Source: Candidatus Avelusimicrobium fimicolum (lineage in GTDB: Bacteria; Elusimicrobiota; Elusimicrobia; Elusimicrobiales; Elusimicrobiaceae). From it: a DNA stretch of 64,000 nt. This document shows positions 37,253 through 46,439 of this stretch, piece by piece. The stretch is from NCBI GenBank assembly GCA_900541355.1, contig UQJU01000002.1, positions 7,987 through 71,986 on the forward strand, given 5' to 3'. Position 1 is the first letter of the stretch. Each line of letters begins with the position of its first letter. Under the pieces are notes generated by a model, which saw nothing but the letters and a program-made list of their open reading frames with translations, had not been told where the DNA came from and did no database searches. The position numbers and the translations under genes were made by a program.

Positions 37253-38794
37253 TTACTTTATTTTTTTGTATAACTTTTCTGCGGCTTTTATTTCACGGCG
37301 GGCCAGTTCCAAATATTTTTTTGCTTCGGTCTGTTGACCCAGAGCCACCAAAACGGCTCCGTAATGGTACGCAATTTCTGCGTTGGCAGAGAATGTTTCT
37401 GTATCAAGAGAAGTAAATAAATCGCGCGCCAAATCGGGTTTATTTTGTTTAAAATAAATCCAAGCCATTGTGTCTATAAAAGAAGCATCTTGCGGACTTA
37501 TGGCCAATGCGCGGGCCGCATACCCGGAGGCCTCGTTTAGACGCACACCGCGCTCCGCCAACGAATACGCATACAAATTCAAAGCCGCCGCATTTTGTGG
37601 GTTTTCACCTATCAACATTTCCAACTGTTCTTCTAACGCCTTATACTTTTTAAGTCCGTCTAACGCATAGGCATACTGCATCCGGGCTTCGGTGTAAGAA
37701 GAATTTGTATCCAACACCTGCTCCAACACGCGCGCGGCTTTCTTATATTGTGCATTATCATTTAAAGCCACCCCATAAAAATACGCGACCTCTACATTAC
37801 CCGGGAATTTTTGGTAAGCCTGCGCCAAAGTTTTTAAACTTTCTTGCGGCTGATTCAACCGCTGTAAATAAAAACTGACTTGCACCCATTTGGAAGCATT
37901 TTCGTTGTAGTCTGCCGCATCCCGCACATACGCGGCAGCGCGGGCATAATCACCTTTTTGCTCCGCAATCAAAGCCAAAAAGTACGAGGTGGGAATATCC
38001 CCGTTATCATCGGCCTTAGCCTTTAAAAAGTAGGTTTCGGCCTTGGGCAAATCTTTTACCAGCAAAAAGACAGAACCCATACGCGAATAAGTTGCCGCCG
38101 AACCGTAGCCGATTTTTTCCAATTCTTCCAGTTCGTGCAGCATTAAAAAATATTGGGAAGTTTTTTCATATACTTCGGCGCGGCCCAACATCGCCGCAGG
38201 ATCTTTGGGGGACACGGCAAGAGCCTTGTCGTAATAGGCCAAAGCCTGTTGGTACTGCTTACTGCGCCCGTAAATATTTCCGGCCGCCGTATAAATATCC
38301 GCCGCCAGAGCCGGGTATTTTTCTGCCAGTTCCAGCAGTTTAGCCGCCGCCTGCATACTCCCCAAAGAAGATAAAAGCGACGCATACTGATACAAAACCT
38401 GCGAATTTTCCGGCGCAAGAGTCAGGGCTTTTTCGTAGGCTTTTTCAGCCGCCTCCACCTTTCCCAATTTCCATTGGTAGGCACCGTAAACGGTCCAATC
38501 TTCGGGGTCCGTGGAGTCTGCGGGCACAAAATCAGCATACGGCTGAGCCAATTCCGGCTTGCCCTCAGCCAATGCCTGCGCCACTAAAAGCCGTTTGATA
38601 TAGGCAGAATCCGGGGAAAGTTTTAAGGCTTGCTGTAATAAAGCAAAGGAAGCATTATCATTAGTGCGTTGTGCATAGACCGCCTTTAAAAAAGCATTTA
38701 TTTGGCGCGCTTCCCGCCGGCTTTCAGGCGTCAGCGGCAAGGCAAACGCAGGGGAACACACCGCACACAAAGCCCATATTAAAATTTTTTTCAT
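37253..38794 (-). CDS. Secreted TPR-repeat protein
   Basis: 513 aa with a signal peptide. Many 34-residue TPR-like repeats with A/Y/L spacing. Confidence 0.7.
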   Translation of the reverse strand: MKKILIWALCAVCSPAFALPLTPESRREARQINAFLKAVYAQRTNDNASFALLQQALKLSPDSAYIKRLLVAQALAEGKPELAQPYADFVPADSTDPEDWTVYGAYQWKLGKVEAAEKAYEKALTLAPENSQVLYQYASLLSSLGSMQAAAKLLELAEKYPALAADIYTAAGNIYGRSKQYQQALAYYDKALAVSPKDPAAMLGRAEVYEKTSQYFLMLHELEELEKIGYGSAATYSRMGSVFLLVKDLPKAETYFLKAKADDNGDIPTSYFLALIAEQKGDYARAAAYVRDAADYNENASKWVQVSFYLQRLNQPQESLKTLAQAYQKFPGNVEVAYFYGVALNDNAQYKKAARVLEQVLDTNSSYTEARMQYAYALDGLKKYKALEEQLEMLIGENPQNAAALNLYAYSLAERGVRLNEASGYAARALAISPQDASFIDTMAWIYFKQNKPDLARDLFTSLDTETFSANAEIAYHYGAVLVALGQQTEAKKYLELARREIKAAEKLYKKIK

Positions 38795-39225
38795 AACTCT
38801 GCCCCCATAATCAGCGCATCGTCGGTATCGTTATAAAACTTTTCCCGGCGGCCCGTTTCTTTTAGTCCTGCTTTTTGGTAGAGAGAAATCGCCGGTATAT
38901 TGCGCACATTTACTTCCAGCGTAACCGTCTGCCCTCCTCGGGCGCGGACTTCGGCAAAGGCCCTGGATAGCAGTAAAAAGCCTATCCCCCGTCGGCAAGC
39001 CTGCGGGCATACGGCCAAGTTTAATATTTCACAAAATCCAGCCGCCAAACGCAAAGCCAAAAAGCCCAATACTTCGCCGTTTTCCTCTGCGCACCACACC
39101 TGCGCAAACGGGTGTATAATTTCGCCCGCCAAGCCTTTTTCGCCCCAATGCGCACTCATCGGCTGGGCCGCTTCTATCTGCGCCAACCGGGGAGCATCTA
39201 ACGCAACGGCCGGGCGCAACTTCAT
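38791..39225 (-). CDS. rimI: GNAT family N-acetyltransferase, likely ribosomal-protein-alanine acetyltransferase
   Basis: 144 aa GNAT fold (QACRRGIGFLLL is acetyl-CoA motif A). Conserved tsaE-tsaB-rimI gene order. Confidence 0.7.
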   Translation of the reverse strand: MKLRPAVALDAPRLAQIEAAQPMSAHWGEKGLAGEIIHPFAQVWCAEENGEVLGFLALRLAAGFCEILNLAVCPQACRRGIGFLLLSRAFAEVRARGGQTVTLEVNVRNIPAISLYQKAGLKETGRREKFYNDTDDALIMGAEL

Positions 39226-39917
39226 TTAGGTTGCACCAGTTCAAAACGGGCAGGCTTTAAATAAAGCGGTTCCAACGCATTTTGGCTCCAAGAGTCCTCC
39301 TGCGCCATTTCAAGTAAAGTGGCCGGGCGGACAAAGCAATCCTTTTCACTAGCAAAGGCATACGAATGGCCCACCAATCCGGAAAGGGGATGAGCGTCTT
39401 TATCGCTACCCGCCAAGAAAAGCGGCTTGCCGTAGGCGGACAAGCGGTTTAATAACTCCTCGCGGGACAGCCAAGCCGGTCCTTGCTTTTCCTCATCAAA
39501 AATCTGCAAAAAGTATTCTTCTCTAAACGCGTGCAAAACCACCGCCAATGCGCCCTGTGGATTTTGCTTTTTCCAGGCGGCAAAAGCACGGGAGGATTCG
39601 GCCTGGCGGCAAAGGACCTCAAACATAGTCGCCCCGCGGACCTGTGTTTTATTCAAAAATTGCATCATAGAAGCAAACGTGAGCGAAATACGAATCCCGG
39701 TAAAACGCCCCGGGCCGCGGATGATAAAAATTTGTCCAATATCTTCCATTTGCGCCCCGGCTTTCGTAAGCAAGGATTCCAAAGCAGGAAAAAGTAGTTT
39801 TTCCTGTTTGACGCCTTTGCGGCGCACGGAAAAGATTTTGTCCCCCTTTTTCACGGTCAACAGCAAAGGAGAACCAGACGTATCCATCCCCAAAGTTAAT
39901 TTTTCGCCGCTTTGCAT
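39222..39917 (-). CDS. tsaB: tRNA t6A biosynthesis protein TsaB (YeaZ)
   Basis: LTLGMDTSGSPLLLTV ... GPGRFTGIRISLTFA, the typical inactive-Kae1 paralog. Confidence 0.85.
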   Translation of the reverse strand: MQSGEKLTLGMDTSGSPLLLTVKKGDKIFSVRRKGVKQEKLLFPALESLLTKAGAQMEDIGQIFIIRGPGRFTGIRISLTFASMMQFLNKTQVRGATMFEVLCRQAESSRAFAAWKKQNPQGALAVVLHAFREEYFLQIFDEEKQGPAWLSREELLNRLSAYGKPLFLAGSDKDAHPLSGLVGHSYAFASEKDCFVRPATLLEMAQEDSWSQNALEPLYLKPARFELVQPK

Positions 39918-40372
39918 AATGCCTCCAACAACGCATCCGACACGCGCCCAAAAGATTGCAATTTAATCTCGCGTTCGTCGCCTTCTTTTAAAATAAAATC
40001 CATTTCCAACCGGTCCGCCGGCAACATCTGGCGAATCGGGTCCGGCCACTCGGCCAAAATAATGGCATTGTCATCTTCCAACATTTCTTCAAAGCCGAGG
40101 TTAAACACTTCGCCTTCCTCCAAGCGGAACAAGTCAATATGAAACAGGCGATGCTTTTTATTTTTGTATTCCTTCATCAAACTGAAACTGGCACTGGTGG
40201 GCGAACTTTTAAGCCCCAAAGCCGCCGCTATGCCCTTTACAAACACTGTTTTGCCGGCACCGATAGGTCCGCGCAAGAAAACAATTTCCCCGCCTTTAAG
40301 CGCAGAAGAAAACCGCTCGGCAAGCGCCAAGGTTTGCGCGCGGGAGTGTGTTCTGATTTCCGCTGTTTTCAT
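39896..40372 (-). CDS. tsaE: tRNA t6A biosynthesis ATPase TsaE (YjeE)
   Basis: Walker A motif GPIGAGKTVFVKG, with overall TsaE length and sequence. Confidence 0.85.
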   Translation of the reverse strand: MKTAEIRTHSRAQTLALAERFSSALKGGEIVFLRGPIGAGKTVFVKGIAAALGLKSSPTSASFSLMKEYKNKKHRLFHIDLFRLEEGEVFNLGFEEMLEDDNAIILAEWPDPIRQMLPADRLEMDFILKEGDEREIKLQSFGRVSDALLEALCKAAKN

Positions 40373-40830
40373 TATTTCACCGTTTTAATGCAAATTTCGC
40401 GGCCGTCCACTTCGCGGCGGTCCAGGTTTACGGGGTCCAGCACATCACGCCCGTCCACCGAAAATACATATTTATATTCTCCCCCCGTCAGCGCGACAGA
40501 GGTTTCAAAATACCCCTTGCGGTACGGTTTTAGCACGATAGGGTCTTTTCCCCAACGGTTAAAATCCGCCAATAATTCCACCTTTTGCGCCCCGGGGGCC
40601 GTCAAATAAAATTTGCGGTATTTGACCTCGGTATCATACGGTTGGCGCACCGGTTTAGCACTTGCCAACAGGCTTTCTTTATTAAGCGGCGCCACGGAGG
40701 CGGAACTTTCAATCGTATCGGCGGCATAATCATAATAATCCTCCGACACGGCAAAAAACCAAGTCAGCACGAGTGCTATTAAAATCAAAAACAGCACAAA
40801 AAGGGCACCGGGCTTTTTAATCTTGGGCAT
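40372..40830 (-). CDS. Membrane-anchored protein with CBM48 / glycogen-binding (isoamylase N-terminal-like) domain
   Basis: 152 aa with an N-terminal TM segment. VELLADFNRWGKDPIVLKPYRKGYFETSVALTGGEYKYVFSVDGRDVLDPVN matches the AMPK-beta/CBM48 pattern (F.nW ... G.YeYKF.VDG ... DP.N). Confidence 0.55.
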   Translation of the reverse strand: MPKIKKPGALFVLFLILIALVLTWFFAVSEDYYDYAADTIESSASVAPLNKESLLASAKPVRQPYDTEVKYRKFYLTAPGAQKVELLADFNRWGKDPIVLKPYRKGYFETSVALTGGEYKYVFSVDGRDVLDPVNLDRREVDGREICIKTVK

Positions 40831-41470
40831 CTAAAAAACTCCTTAAATAAAAGACAGCCCCGTCGGCCTCGGCCACTTTTTTGACGGCCTCGGCATCCGC
40901 ACCCGTTTTGTCCACGCAACTGGCTACCAGACGGTCAAAATGCGCCGCTGCACACAGACGGATGAATTCGCGCACAGCCTCGTAGCCGTTCTCAAAGCCG
41001 GATACCGGACGGACGATTTTTCGCCAAACAGATTCGTTTTCGGCATTCAAACTGACATTTACAACATCTACCACGCGGCGCAAGTCAGGCACGATATTTT
41101 TATGGTTAATTAAATTGCCTAACCCGTTTGTATTCAGACGGATTTTAAAGGGTGGAAATTTGGCTTGGGCCATCCAGCCTTTGAGCGTTTGCGCCACAAA
41201 CAAAAGTACGTCCAGGCGCATTGTCGGCTCCCCATAACCGCAGAAAACCACCTCTTTAAATGGGGCGGCTTTGAGTTCCTGTTCCAAGGCACAGAGAACC
41301 TCATTAGACGACGGTTCTCCCGCTGATAAATTTAAATTGTTCCCGTGAAAATCCATATGCCACTTGGTTTTTATGCAAAAGGCACACAAATTGGGGCAGC
41401 GGTTTGTTAAGTTGATATACACCCCGTTTCCAAAGCGGTAAACGATTTTAGGCGCAGATTGTTGTTCCAT
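40817..41470 (-). CDS. Small radical SAM protein (TatD-associated rSAM-like)
   Basis: 217 aa. CPNLCAFC is a CxxxCxxC cluster close to the N-terminus after YINLTNR. GYGEP lies in the glycine-rich SAM motif region. Confidence 0.6.
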   Translation of the reverse strand: MEQQSAPKIVYRFGNGVYINLTNRCPNLCAFCIKTKWHMDFHGNNLNLSAGEPSSNEVLCALEQELKAAPFKEVVFCGYGEPTMRLDVLLFVAQTLKGWMAQAKFPPFKIRLNTNGLGNLINHKNIVPDLRRVVDVVNVSLNAENESVWRKIVRPVSGFENGYEAVREFIRLCAAAHFDRLVASCVDKTGADAEAVKKVAEADGAVFYLRSFLDAQD

Positions 41471-41571
41471 ATAATACCTCTTATATGTATTATACCAATT
41501 TGGCCGGAGCCCCGCCGGGCAGAAAACAGACTAGGCAAGGAACCGCGAAAATTAATAAAATAAAAGAATAT

Positions 41572-41656
41572 GGAGAGGTGGCCGAGTGGTTTAAGGCACT
41601 AGTCTTGAAAACTGGCGTGGGGCAACCCACCGAGGGTTCGAATCCCTCCCTCTCCG
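41572..41656 (+). tRNA. tRNA-Ser (anticodon TGA)
   Basis: Cloverleaf folded by hand. Acceptor GGAGAGG/CCTCTCC, anticodon stem CTAGT/ACTGG with loop CTTGAAA, long variable arm CGTGGGGCAACCCACCG, T-arm GAGGG-TTCGAAT-CCCTC. 85 nt. Confidence 0.9.
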
Positions 41657-41767
41657 TAGAAATTGAAAACCCTGCGCGAGCAGGATTTTTGATTTCTATG
41701 AAAATATGAGGTGCGGCATAAATGACTTTATGCCGCAGGGATTTGAAGCCCGCAATGTGGTGTGAGT

Positions 41768-41864
41768 TTGAGGCCATTGGCCGAAAGGCGAACACAATGA
41801 GGGCGGGCCCGGGCAAAATTTCCGTCAGGAAATTTATGCAGGGCGAATCCCTCCCTCTCCGTAG
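41768..41864 (+). pseudogene. Degraded tRNA-Ser-like copy, or att-site scar. Its 3' 21 nt (41844-41864) are identical to the tRNA-Ser 3' end (41639-41659).
   Basis: GAGGccatTGGCCGAaaGG resembles the tRNA-Ser D-arm region. cgaatccctccctctccgtag is an exact 21-nt match to the tRNA-Ser 3' end. The 5' acceptor strand is missing and there is a hairpin insert (aaatttccgtcaggaaattt), so it cannot fold as a tRNA. Confidence 0.4.
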
Positions 41865-41903
41865 TAAATTAAATTCCTCGCATATGCGAGGAATTTAATT
41901 TAC
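41864..41903. repeat. Perfect 40-nt palindrome
   Basis: gtaaattaaattcctcgcatatgcgaggaatttaatttac is identical to its reverse complement. It immediately follows the duplicated tRNA 3' segment. Confidence 0.8.
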
Positions 41904-42195
41904 AGGAGATTTGGAGCAACACCAACTGCTTGGTGTTGCGTAGGGATTCAAAAGGCGGAGCGATGTTTTTGTTTGTGCGCTTACGGTTCCGCGGCGCACA
42001 AGGCAAAAACCGCGAGCCTGGGCTGCATGCATTTTACGTCAGTAAAATGACCGGAAGCCGAAGCCCCCTTCGCACCTAGAACAAACTAGTTTTAGTTTGA
42101 AAAAGGACCGCTATTTTGGAATTGGAAAACCGGAAACTAGGGGCAGTGGCATTTTAACCTGGAATCCGAAACCCAGCACAAGATTTTCTTATTTT

Positions 42196-42999
42196 ATGAC
42201 CACAAAAATTACTTTTTTAGGAACGGGTAACGCGCTCGTTACCAAATGTTATAATACTTGCTTTGCCCTACAATACGCAGGCGACACTTTCCTCACCGAC
42301 GCAGGCGGCGGAAACACCATTTTGGCCCAGTTGGAAAAAGCCGATATTTCCGTTTCATCTATCCGCCATTTATTTTTAACTCACGGACACACCGACCATA
42401 TTTTAGGTGTAATTTGGATTATCCGCTTGGCTGCATCGCTCTACACCCGCGGCAAACACCCGGGGCTAACGATTTTCTGCCACGACGAGTGCGAACAGAA
42501 ACTGCGCGCCTTCTGCCAAATGACCTTAACTGCCAAGTTACAAGCAGTGCTGGATAACGGCATAAAATTTGTGCGGCTAACAAACGGCGAGGCCTTTCAG
42601 GCAGGCCCTTTTCACGCAACAGCCTTTGATATTTTATCCACCAAAACCAAACAATTTGGCTACCGGCTGATACTTCCTGACGGGAAAATTTTGGTTTGTT
42701 TGGGCGACGAGCCATATAACCCGGCTTGTTTGGCCTATGCCAAAGAGGCTGATTATTTACTGTCAGAAGCGTTCTGCCTGTATGGGGAGCGGGAAAAGTT
42801 TAAACCGTATGAAAAGCACCACTCTACCGCCTTGGATGCGGCGCGTGTAGCGCGGGAACTGTCCGCCAAGAACTTAATTTTGTACCACACGCAGGACAAT
42901 AATCTTTCCGCCCGCAAAGCCCTTTACACAGACGAAGCCAAAAAGGAATTTTCCGGCGCCATTTATGTACCGGACGATTTAGAAAGTTTGGAAATTTAA
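42196..42999 (+). CDS. MBL-fold metallo-hydrolase
   Basis: Start at MTTKITFLGTGNA. Contains the HxHxDH motif (LTHGHTDH). About 268 aa. Confidence 0.7.
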   Translation: MTTKITFLGTGNALVTKCYNTCFALQYAGDTFLTDAGGGNTILAQLEKADISVSSIRHLFLTHGHTDHILGVIWIIRLAASLYTRGKHPGLTIFCHDECEQKLRAFCQMTLTAKLQAVLDNGIKFVRLTNGEAFQAGPFHATAFDILSTKTKQFGYRLILPDGKILVCLGDEPYNPACLAYAKEADYLLSEAFCLYGEREKFKPYEKHHSTALDAARVARELSAKNLILYHTQDNNLSARKALYTDEAKKEFSGAIYVPDDLESLEI

Positions 43000-43014
43000 T
43001 TGCTTTTAAATGAC

Positions 43015-43043
43015 AACGCCCCGTAAAAACGGGGCGTTCTTAT
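43015..43043. terminator. Bidirectional terminator between the MBL gene and the convergent acidic-protein gene
   Basis: aacgccccg-taaaaa-cggggcgtt hairpin. Confidence 0.65.
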
Positions 43044-43061
43044 ATCTGATTTGCCGGAAAA

Positions 43062-43583
43062 CTAACTGCGATACGGGTCCTCTTGTTCGTCCTCCTCGTC
43101 AAAATCTTCTTCCTCGGCGCGGATGTCTTGCGCAAATTGTGCCCACGCCTTTCCGTCCGCTTCAAAGGTTATCGTCAGCCCCGTATTGGAGTAAGGCCCA
43201 AACACTTTGTTCTCGCCCGCAAAAATGTTTTGCTCCAATGTTACCTGCAAAATAAACGGGTCCGGGCGGTTAAAGGCCGAACAGCATCCCGCAGTCTGCC
43301 CCGGGTGCATATACAAGGACACCTTAGGCTCCAACATCGTCCAGTTGTTTTCTTTGCGTTCGGTGAGCGTTTCGGCAATAAAATCGGATAAATAAATATT
43401 TTCCTCGTCCTTTAATGCCACTAATTTATCGGTCCATTTTTCGCTGAAAATACTTTCTCCCCCGCAATACAACCCGATTTGGTATTCCATAAATTCCCCT
43501 TCGCTACCGGGGTTAGACCAAATAGTTAAAGGGGAAATTTCCAACTCCAAATGTCCTTGCTTGCCAAATTTAATTCTCGCCAT
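43062..43583 (-). CDS. Hypothetical protein with acidic C-terminal tail
   Basis: 173 aa. Ends EEEDFDEEDEQEDPYRS. No family recognised. Confidence 0.5.
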   Translation of the reverse strand: MARIKFGKQGHLELEISPLTIWSNPGSEGEFMEYQIGLYCGGESIFSEKWTDKLVALKDEENIYLSDFIAETLTERKENNWTMLEPKVSLYMHPGQTAGCCSAFNRPDPFILQVTLEQNIFAGENKVFGPYSNTGLTITFEADGKAWAQFAQDIRAEEEDFDEEDEQEDPYRS

Positions 43584-43666
43584 AAAACGCTCCCTTAAAA
43601 AATATCTTTGTATTTTTATTATAGTAATATTTCGCCATTTTGATAAAATATATATAGGGATTTTTT

Positions 43667-44227
43667 ATGCGCTATATTTTATATCTTTTTACAATGGCCC
43701 TTTTGTTCGTGGGCGGAATGCTGGTAGGAAATATGTTCCTGCCGGAGCGTGCAGCCACGCTGTCGGCCACGGTTTCCGTCCCCCCGCTGACGCAAGATAA
43801 TCCCGCCTTACAAACCTCCACGCGCGAGGCGGCCACCCGCAATTTACTTATTTTAAATGATGCCCTAAAAGCCTGCCCAGCGGTGGTAAATGAAGAAAAG
43901 AACCGCTTGGTTAACCAAATCCGCCTGCGCCTGGCGGTAGAAGATTTTGAATTAAAAAAAGCGCGGCTTGAACTGGAAATCGCCAAAAATACAGATACCA
44001 ACCGCCCCTCGGACCAATTTATAAAAGCCACCGAGGAGTACAATGCCGCACGTCTGTATGCCGAGCAACTGGCTGATGAACTTTTCCCCAAACCTGCGGA
44101 AGAAAAGACGGACGCGGAAAACACCCCAACCACCAGCGAACAAACAACCGAAAAGAAAACCCCCTCTGACAAAACAGCCAATAAAAAAGCCGCTCCCGAA
44201 AAGAAAGCGGCTGATACAAAAAAATAA
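43667..44227 (+). CDS. Hypothetical membrane-anchored coiled-coil protein with Lys-rich C-terminus
   Basis: 186 aa. N-terminal TM segment MRYILYLFTMALLFVGGMLVG. Coiled-coil middle. C-terminal region is Lys/Thr/Pro-rich. Followed by a terminator hairpin at 44245-44272. Confidence 0.5.
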   Translation: MRYILYLFTMALLFVGGMLVGNMFLPERAATLSATVSVPPLTQDNPALQTSTREAATRNLLILNDALKACPAVVNEEKNRLVNQIRLRLAVEDFELKKARLELEIAKNTDTNRPSDQFIKATEEYNAARLYAEQLADELFPKPAEEKTDAENTPTTSEQTTEKKTPSDKTANKKAAPEKKAADTKK

Positions 44228-44310
44228 ACTTCTTTGTCCTTATCAAAAGCCGCATAAAAGCGGTTTTTTTATTGTACTACACCACTAGCAAGCAAAGGTC
44301 GGGCCAGCGT

Positions 44311-45882
44311 TTAGTTGCGGCCCGTTTCCTTTAACAATTCCTTATACATAGCCAGTTGCACGCTATATGTTTCGGCGGCTTGATGGGGTGTATATTTACT
44401 GCGGTAAGTCCAATTTTGCTCGCCCACCGTTCCGGGGGTATTCACGCGGTCCGTTGTACCGATGATATCTTGCCACGAAAAAAGCGTAATGGCGGAATTG
44501 GAATCCAACACACGGCGCAAAATAGCGCGCTGGGTGTCCAAATTAAAGGGCACATTTCCGTCTGTTTTCTGGGCAGAAATCATTTCCCAAATATTCGCGC
44601 GCTCGCGTTGGTCCATTGTTTCCCACCAACCGCGCACCGTTTCCGTATCGTGCGTAGAGGTGGTGGCCAAGGACACAGCGGGATAATTGCGCGGTTCACG
44701 GTAGTATCCGTTGTCCTCGCGCTCCCAGCGCAACACCTTGTAGCCGGGGATACGCAAATCCACCAACATCCGGCGGACATAATTGGGGATTACGCCCAAA
44801 TCCTCGCCTACGGGCAATTTACCCTTGGCTTCATCTAACACCATACGCAAGAAATTATACCCGCGGTCAATTTGGTTTTGCTCGCCCTGAATATCAAAGC
44901 CCCCTTGCTCGTCGCCCGGTGCAAAAACATAGGTGCGGAAAAACCCCACCAGGTGGTCCAGCCGGAAGATATCATACAGTTCCGTTACCCGGCGGATTTT
45001 GCGCCGCCACAAGGTTAAATGATGGCTGTGCTGATATTGCCAATCATAGGCCGGCAGTCCCCAGCGTTGGCCGCCCTTGGAAAACTGGTCCGCAGGCGCA
45101 CCGATTTCATACCCCAAGCGGTAATTTTCCCGCTCGGACCACACTTCGGCACTATCCAAATTGGTACCAAAAGGAATATCGCCGAAAATCAGCACCCCTT
45201 TTTCCTGCGCAGCCGTTTTGGCCTTACGCAATTGCAAGTCCAAAATCCATTGTACATACGCAAAGAAATTGACATATTCGCGGTATTTGGCTTCAAAAGC
45301 ATTTACCGCACCAGGCTCAAAATTTTTAAGGCCGTCGGGCCAAGCGGTCCACGTTTGCCATTTGTAAAATTCCTTTACCGCGCGAAACAGTGCATACCCG
45401 CGCAACCAGCCGGACTGTGCGGCCTGATATGCTTCAAAGGCTTGAAAACGCGCGGAATTAACGGCGGCTTCTGCTTGTAAAAAATGCTTATATCCCAGCC
45501 ACAAAGCCCTTAATTTCGCCTGCTTCACCGCATTAAACGGCGCACGTTTGGCTTGGTGCCACGCGGCAATATTGTCTGCCAAAGAAGATACATATGCCGA
45601 GGCCTCTTGGCTCGCGCAAATATCCTCTACCGACGAAATATCTGCATACACCGGGTCGGTGGCAAAAGCACTCAATGCCGAATACGGACACGTTTCGCCG
45701 GGGGCCGTTTCCTGTAACGGCAAAATTTGCACGATTTTTGTCCCTAACGAAGCAAAAAATTCCGTCCACTCTATTAAGGAAGCAAAATCGCCCACACCCC
45801 AATCGCGCTCCGTCTTCATAGCGGAAAGCGGCAACAAAATACCGTTTAAGCGCCCGGAAAGCACTTGGTCCTGTATGGTCAT
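44311..45882 (-). CDS. malQ: 4-alpha-glucanotransferase (amylomaltase, GH77)
   Basis: LSGRLNGILLPLSAM ... WGVGDF is the N-terminus typical of MalQ. Start at MTIQD; an alternative upstream ATG lies at 45918. Confidence 0.85.
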   Translation of the reverse strand: MTIQDQVLSGRLNGILLPLSAMKTERDWGVGDFASLIEWTEFFASLGTKIVQILPLQETAPGETCPYSALSAFATDPVYADISSVEDICASQEASAYVSSLADNIAAWHQAKRAPFNAVKQAKLRALWLGYKHFLQAEAAVNSARFQAFEAYQAAQSGWLRGYALFRAVKEFYKWQTWTAWPDGLKNFEPGAVNAFEAKYREYVNFFAYVQWILDLQLRKAKTAAQEKGVLIFGDIPFGTNLDSAEVWSERENYRLGYEIGAPADQFSKGGQRWGLPAYDWQYQHSHHLTLWRRKIRRVTELYDIFRLDHLVGFFRTYVFAPGDEQGGFDIQGEQNQIDRGYNFLRMVLDEAKGKLPVGEDLGVIPNYVRRMLVDLRIPGYKVLRWEREDNGYYREPRNYPAVSLATTSTHDTETVRGWWETMDQRERANIWEMISAQKTDGNVPFNLDTQRAILRRVLDSNSAITLFSWQDIIGTTDRVNTPGTVGEQNWTYRSKYTPHQAAETYSVQLAMYKELLKETGRN

Positions 45883-45883
45883 A

Positions 45884-46288
45884 TTATTTTTTGGCGATGG
45901 CTTCAATTTCCACCGCACTGCCTTTCGGCAAAGCCACTACCTGAATTGTGCTGCGGGCGGGCGGATTTTCTTTAAAGAAAGACGCATAAGTTGCGTTCAT
46001 TTCCGCAAACTTGGTTAAATCGGTCATATACACGGTGGTTTTGACAACGTGTTTTAACGAGCATCCGGCTTCTTTTAAAATATTTTCCAAATTATTTAAA
46101 ATAAGTTCGGTTTGAACCTGAACATCACCGTTGTAAATTTCACCTGTAACCGGGTCCACCGGCAGCACACCGGACGTAAAAATAAAACCGCCGTCCTCTA
46201 CGGCTTGGGAATAAGGCCCAATGGCTTTGGGCGCATTGTTGGAATTGATAACTTTTTTCATATACCCCTCACAAATAATTTCGGGCAT
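45884..46288 (-). CDS. ridA: RidA (YjgF/TdcF) family reactive-intermediate deaminase
   Basis: APKAIGPYSQAVEDGGFIFTSGVLPVDPVTGEI ... is a typical RidA sequence. Possible start at MKKVI (46261). Confidence 0.75.
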   Translation of the reverse strand: MPEIICEGYMKKVINSNNAPKAIGPYSQAVEDGGFIFTSGVLPVDPVTGEIYNGDVQVQTELILNNLENILKEAGCSLKHVVKTTVYMTDLTKFAEMNATYASFFKENPPARSTIQVVALPKGSAVEIEAIAKK

Positions 46289-46355
46289 AAAACCCGTTTG
46301 TTATATGGTAGCAAGAGGGGCGGGGGTTGTCAAACTTTTTAGCACAAAAATATGT

Positions 46356-46385
46356 TTGACGCAAAACCGGAAAAAGTGTTATAAT
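46356..46385 (+). promoter_or_regulatory. Sigma70-like promoter P1 for the tRNA-Lys/tRNA-Glu operon (-35 TTGACG, 18-nt spacer, -10 TATAAT with upstream TG)
   Basis: ttgacgcaaaaccggaaaaagtgttataat, seen directly in the sequence. Confidence 0.5.
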
Positions 46386-46439
46386 AAATTATCAAGAAAA
46401 GAGCCGCTGGTAAGAAGTTAAAAAGAAAAAACAAATTTC

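Noticed and set aside
41485-41709. 74-aa plus-strand ORF
   Set aside because: Spans the tRNA-Ser gene, so it is not coding.
41657-42195. Possible tmRNA, SRP RNA or 6S RNA in the long noncoding region after tRNA-Ser
   Set aside because: No tag reading frame, no GGAAGCAGCC SRP motif and no tRNA-Ala-like 3' domain. Left as an unexplained region, with the att-scar or pseudo-tRNA reading preferred.
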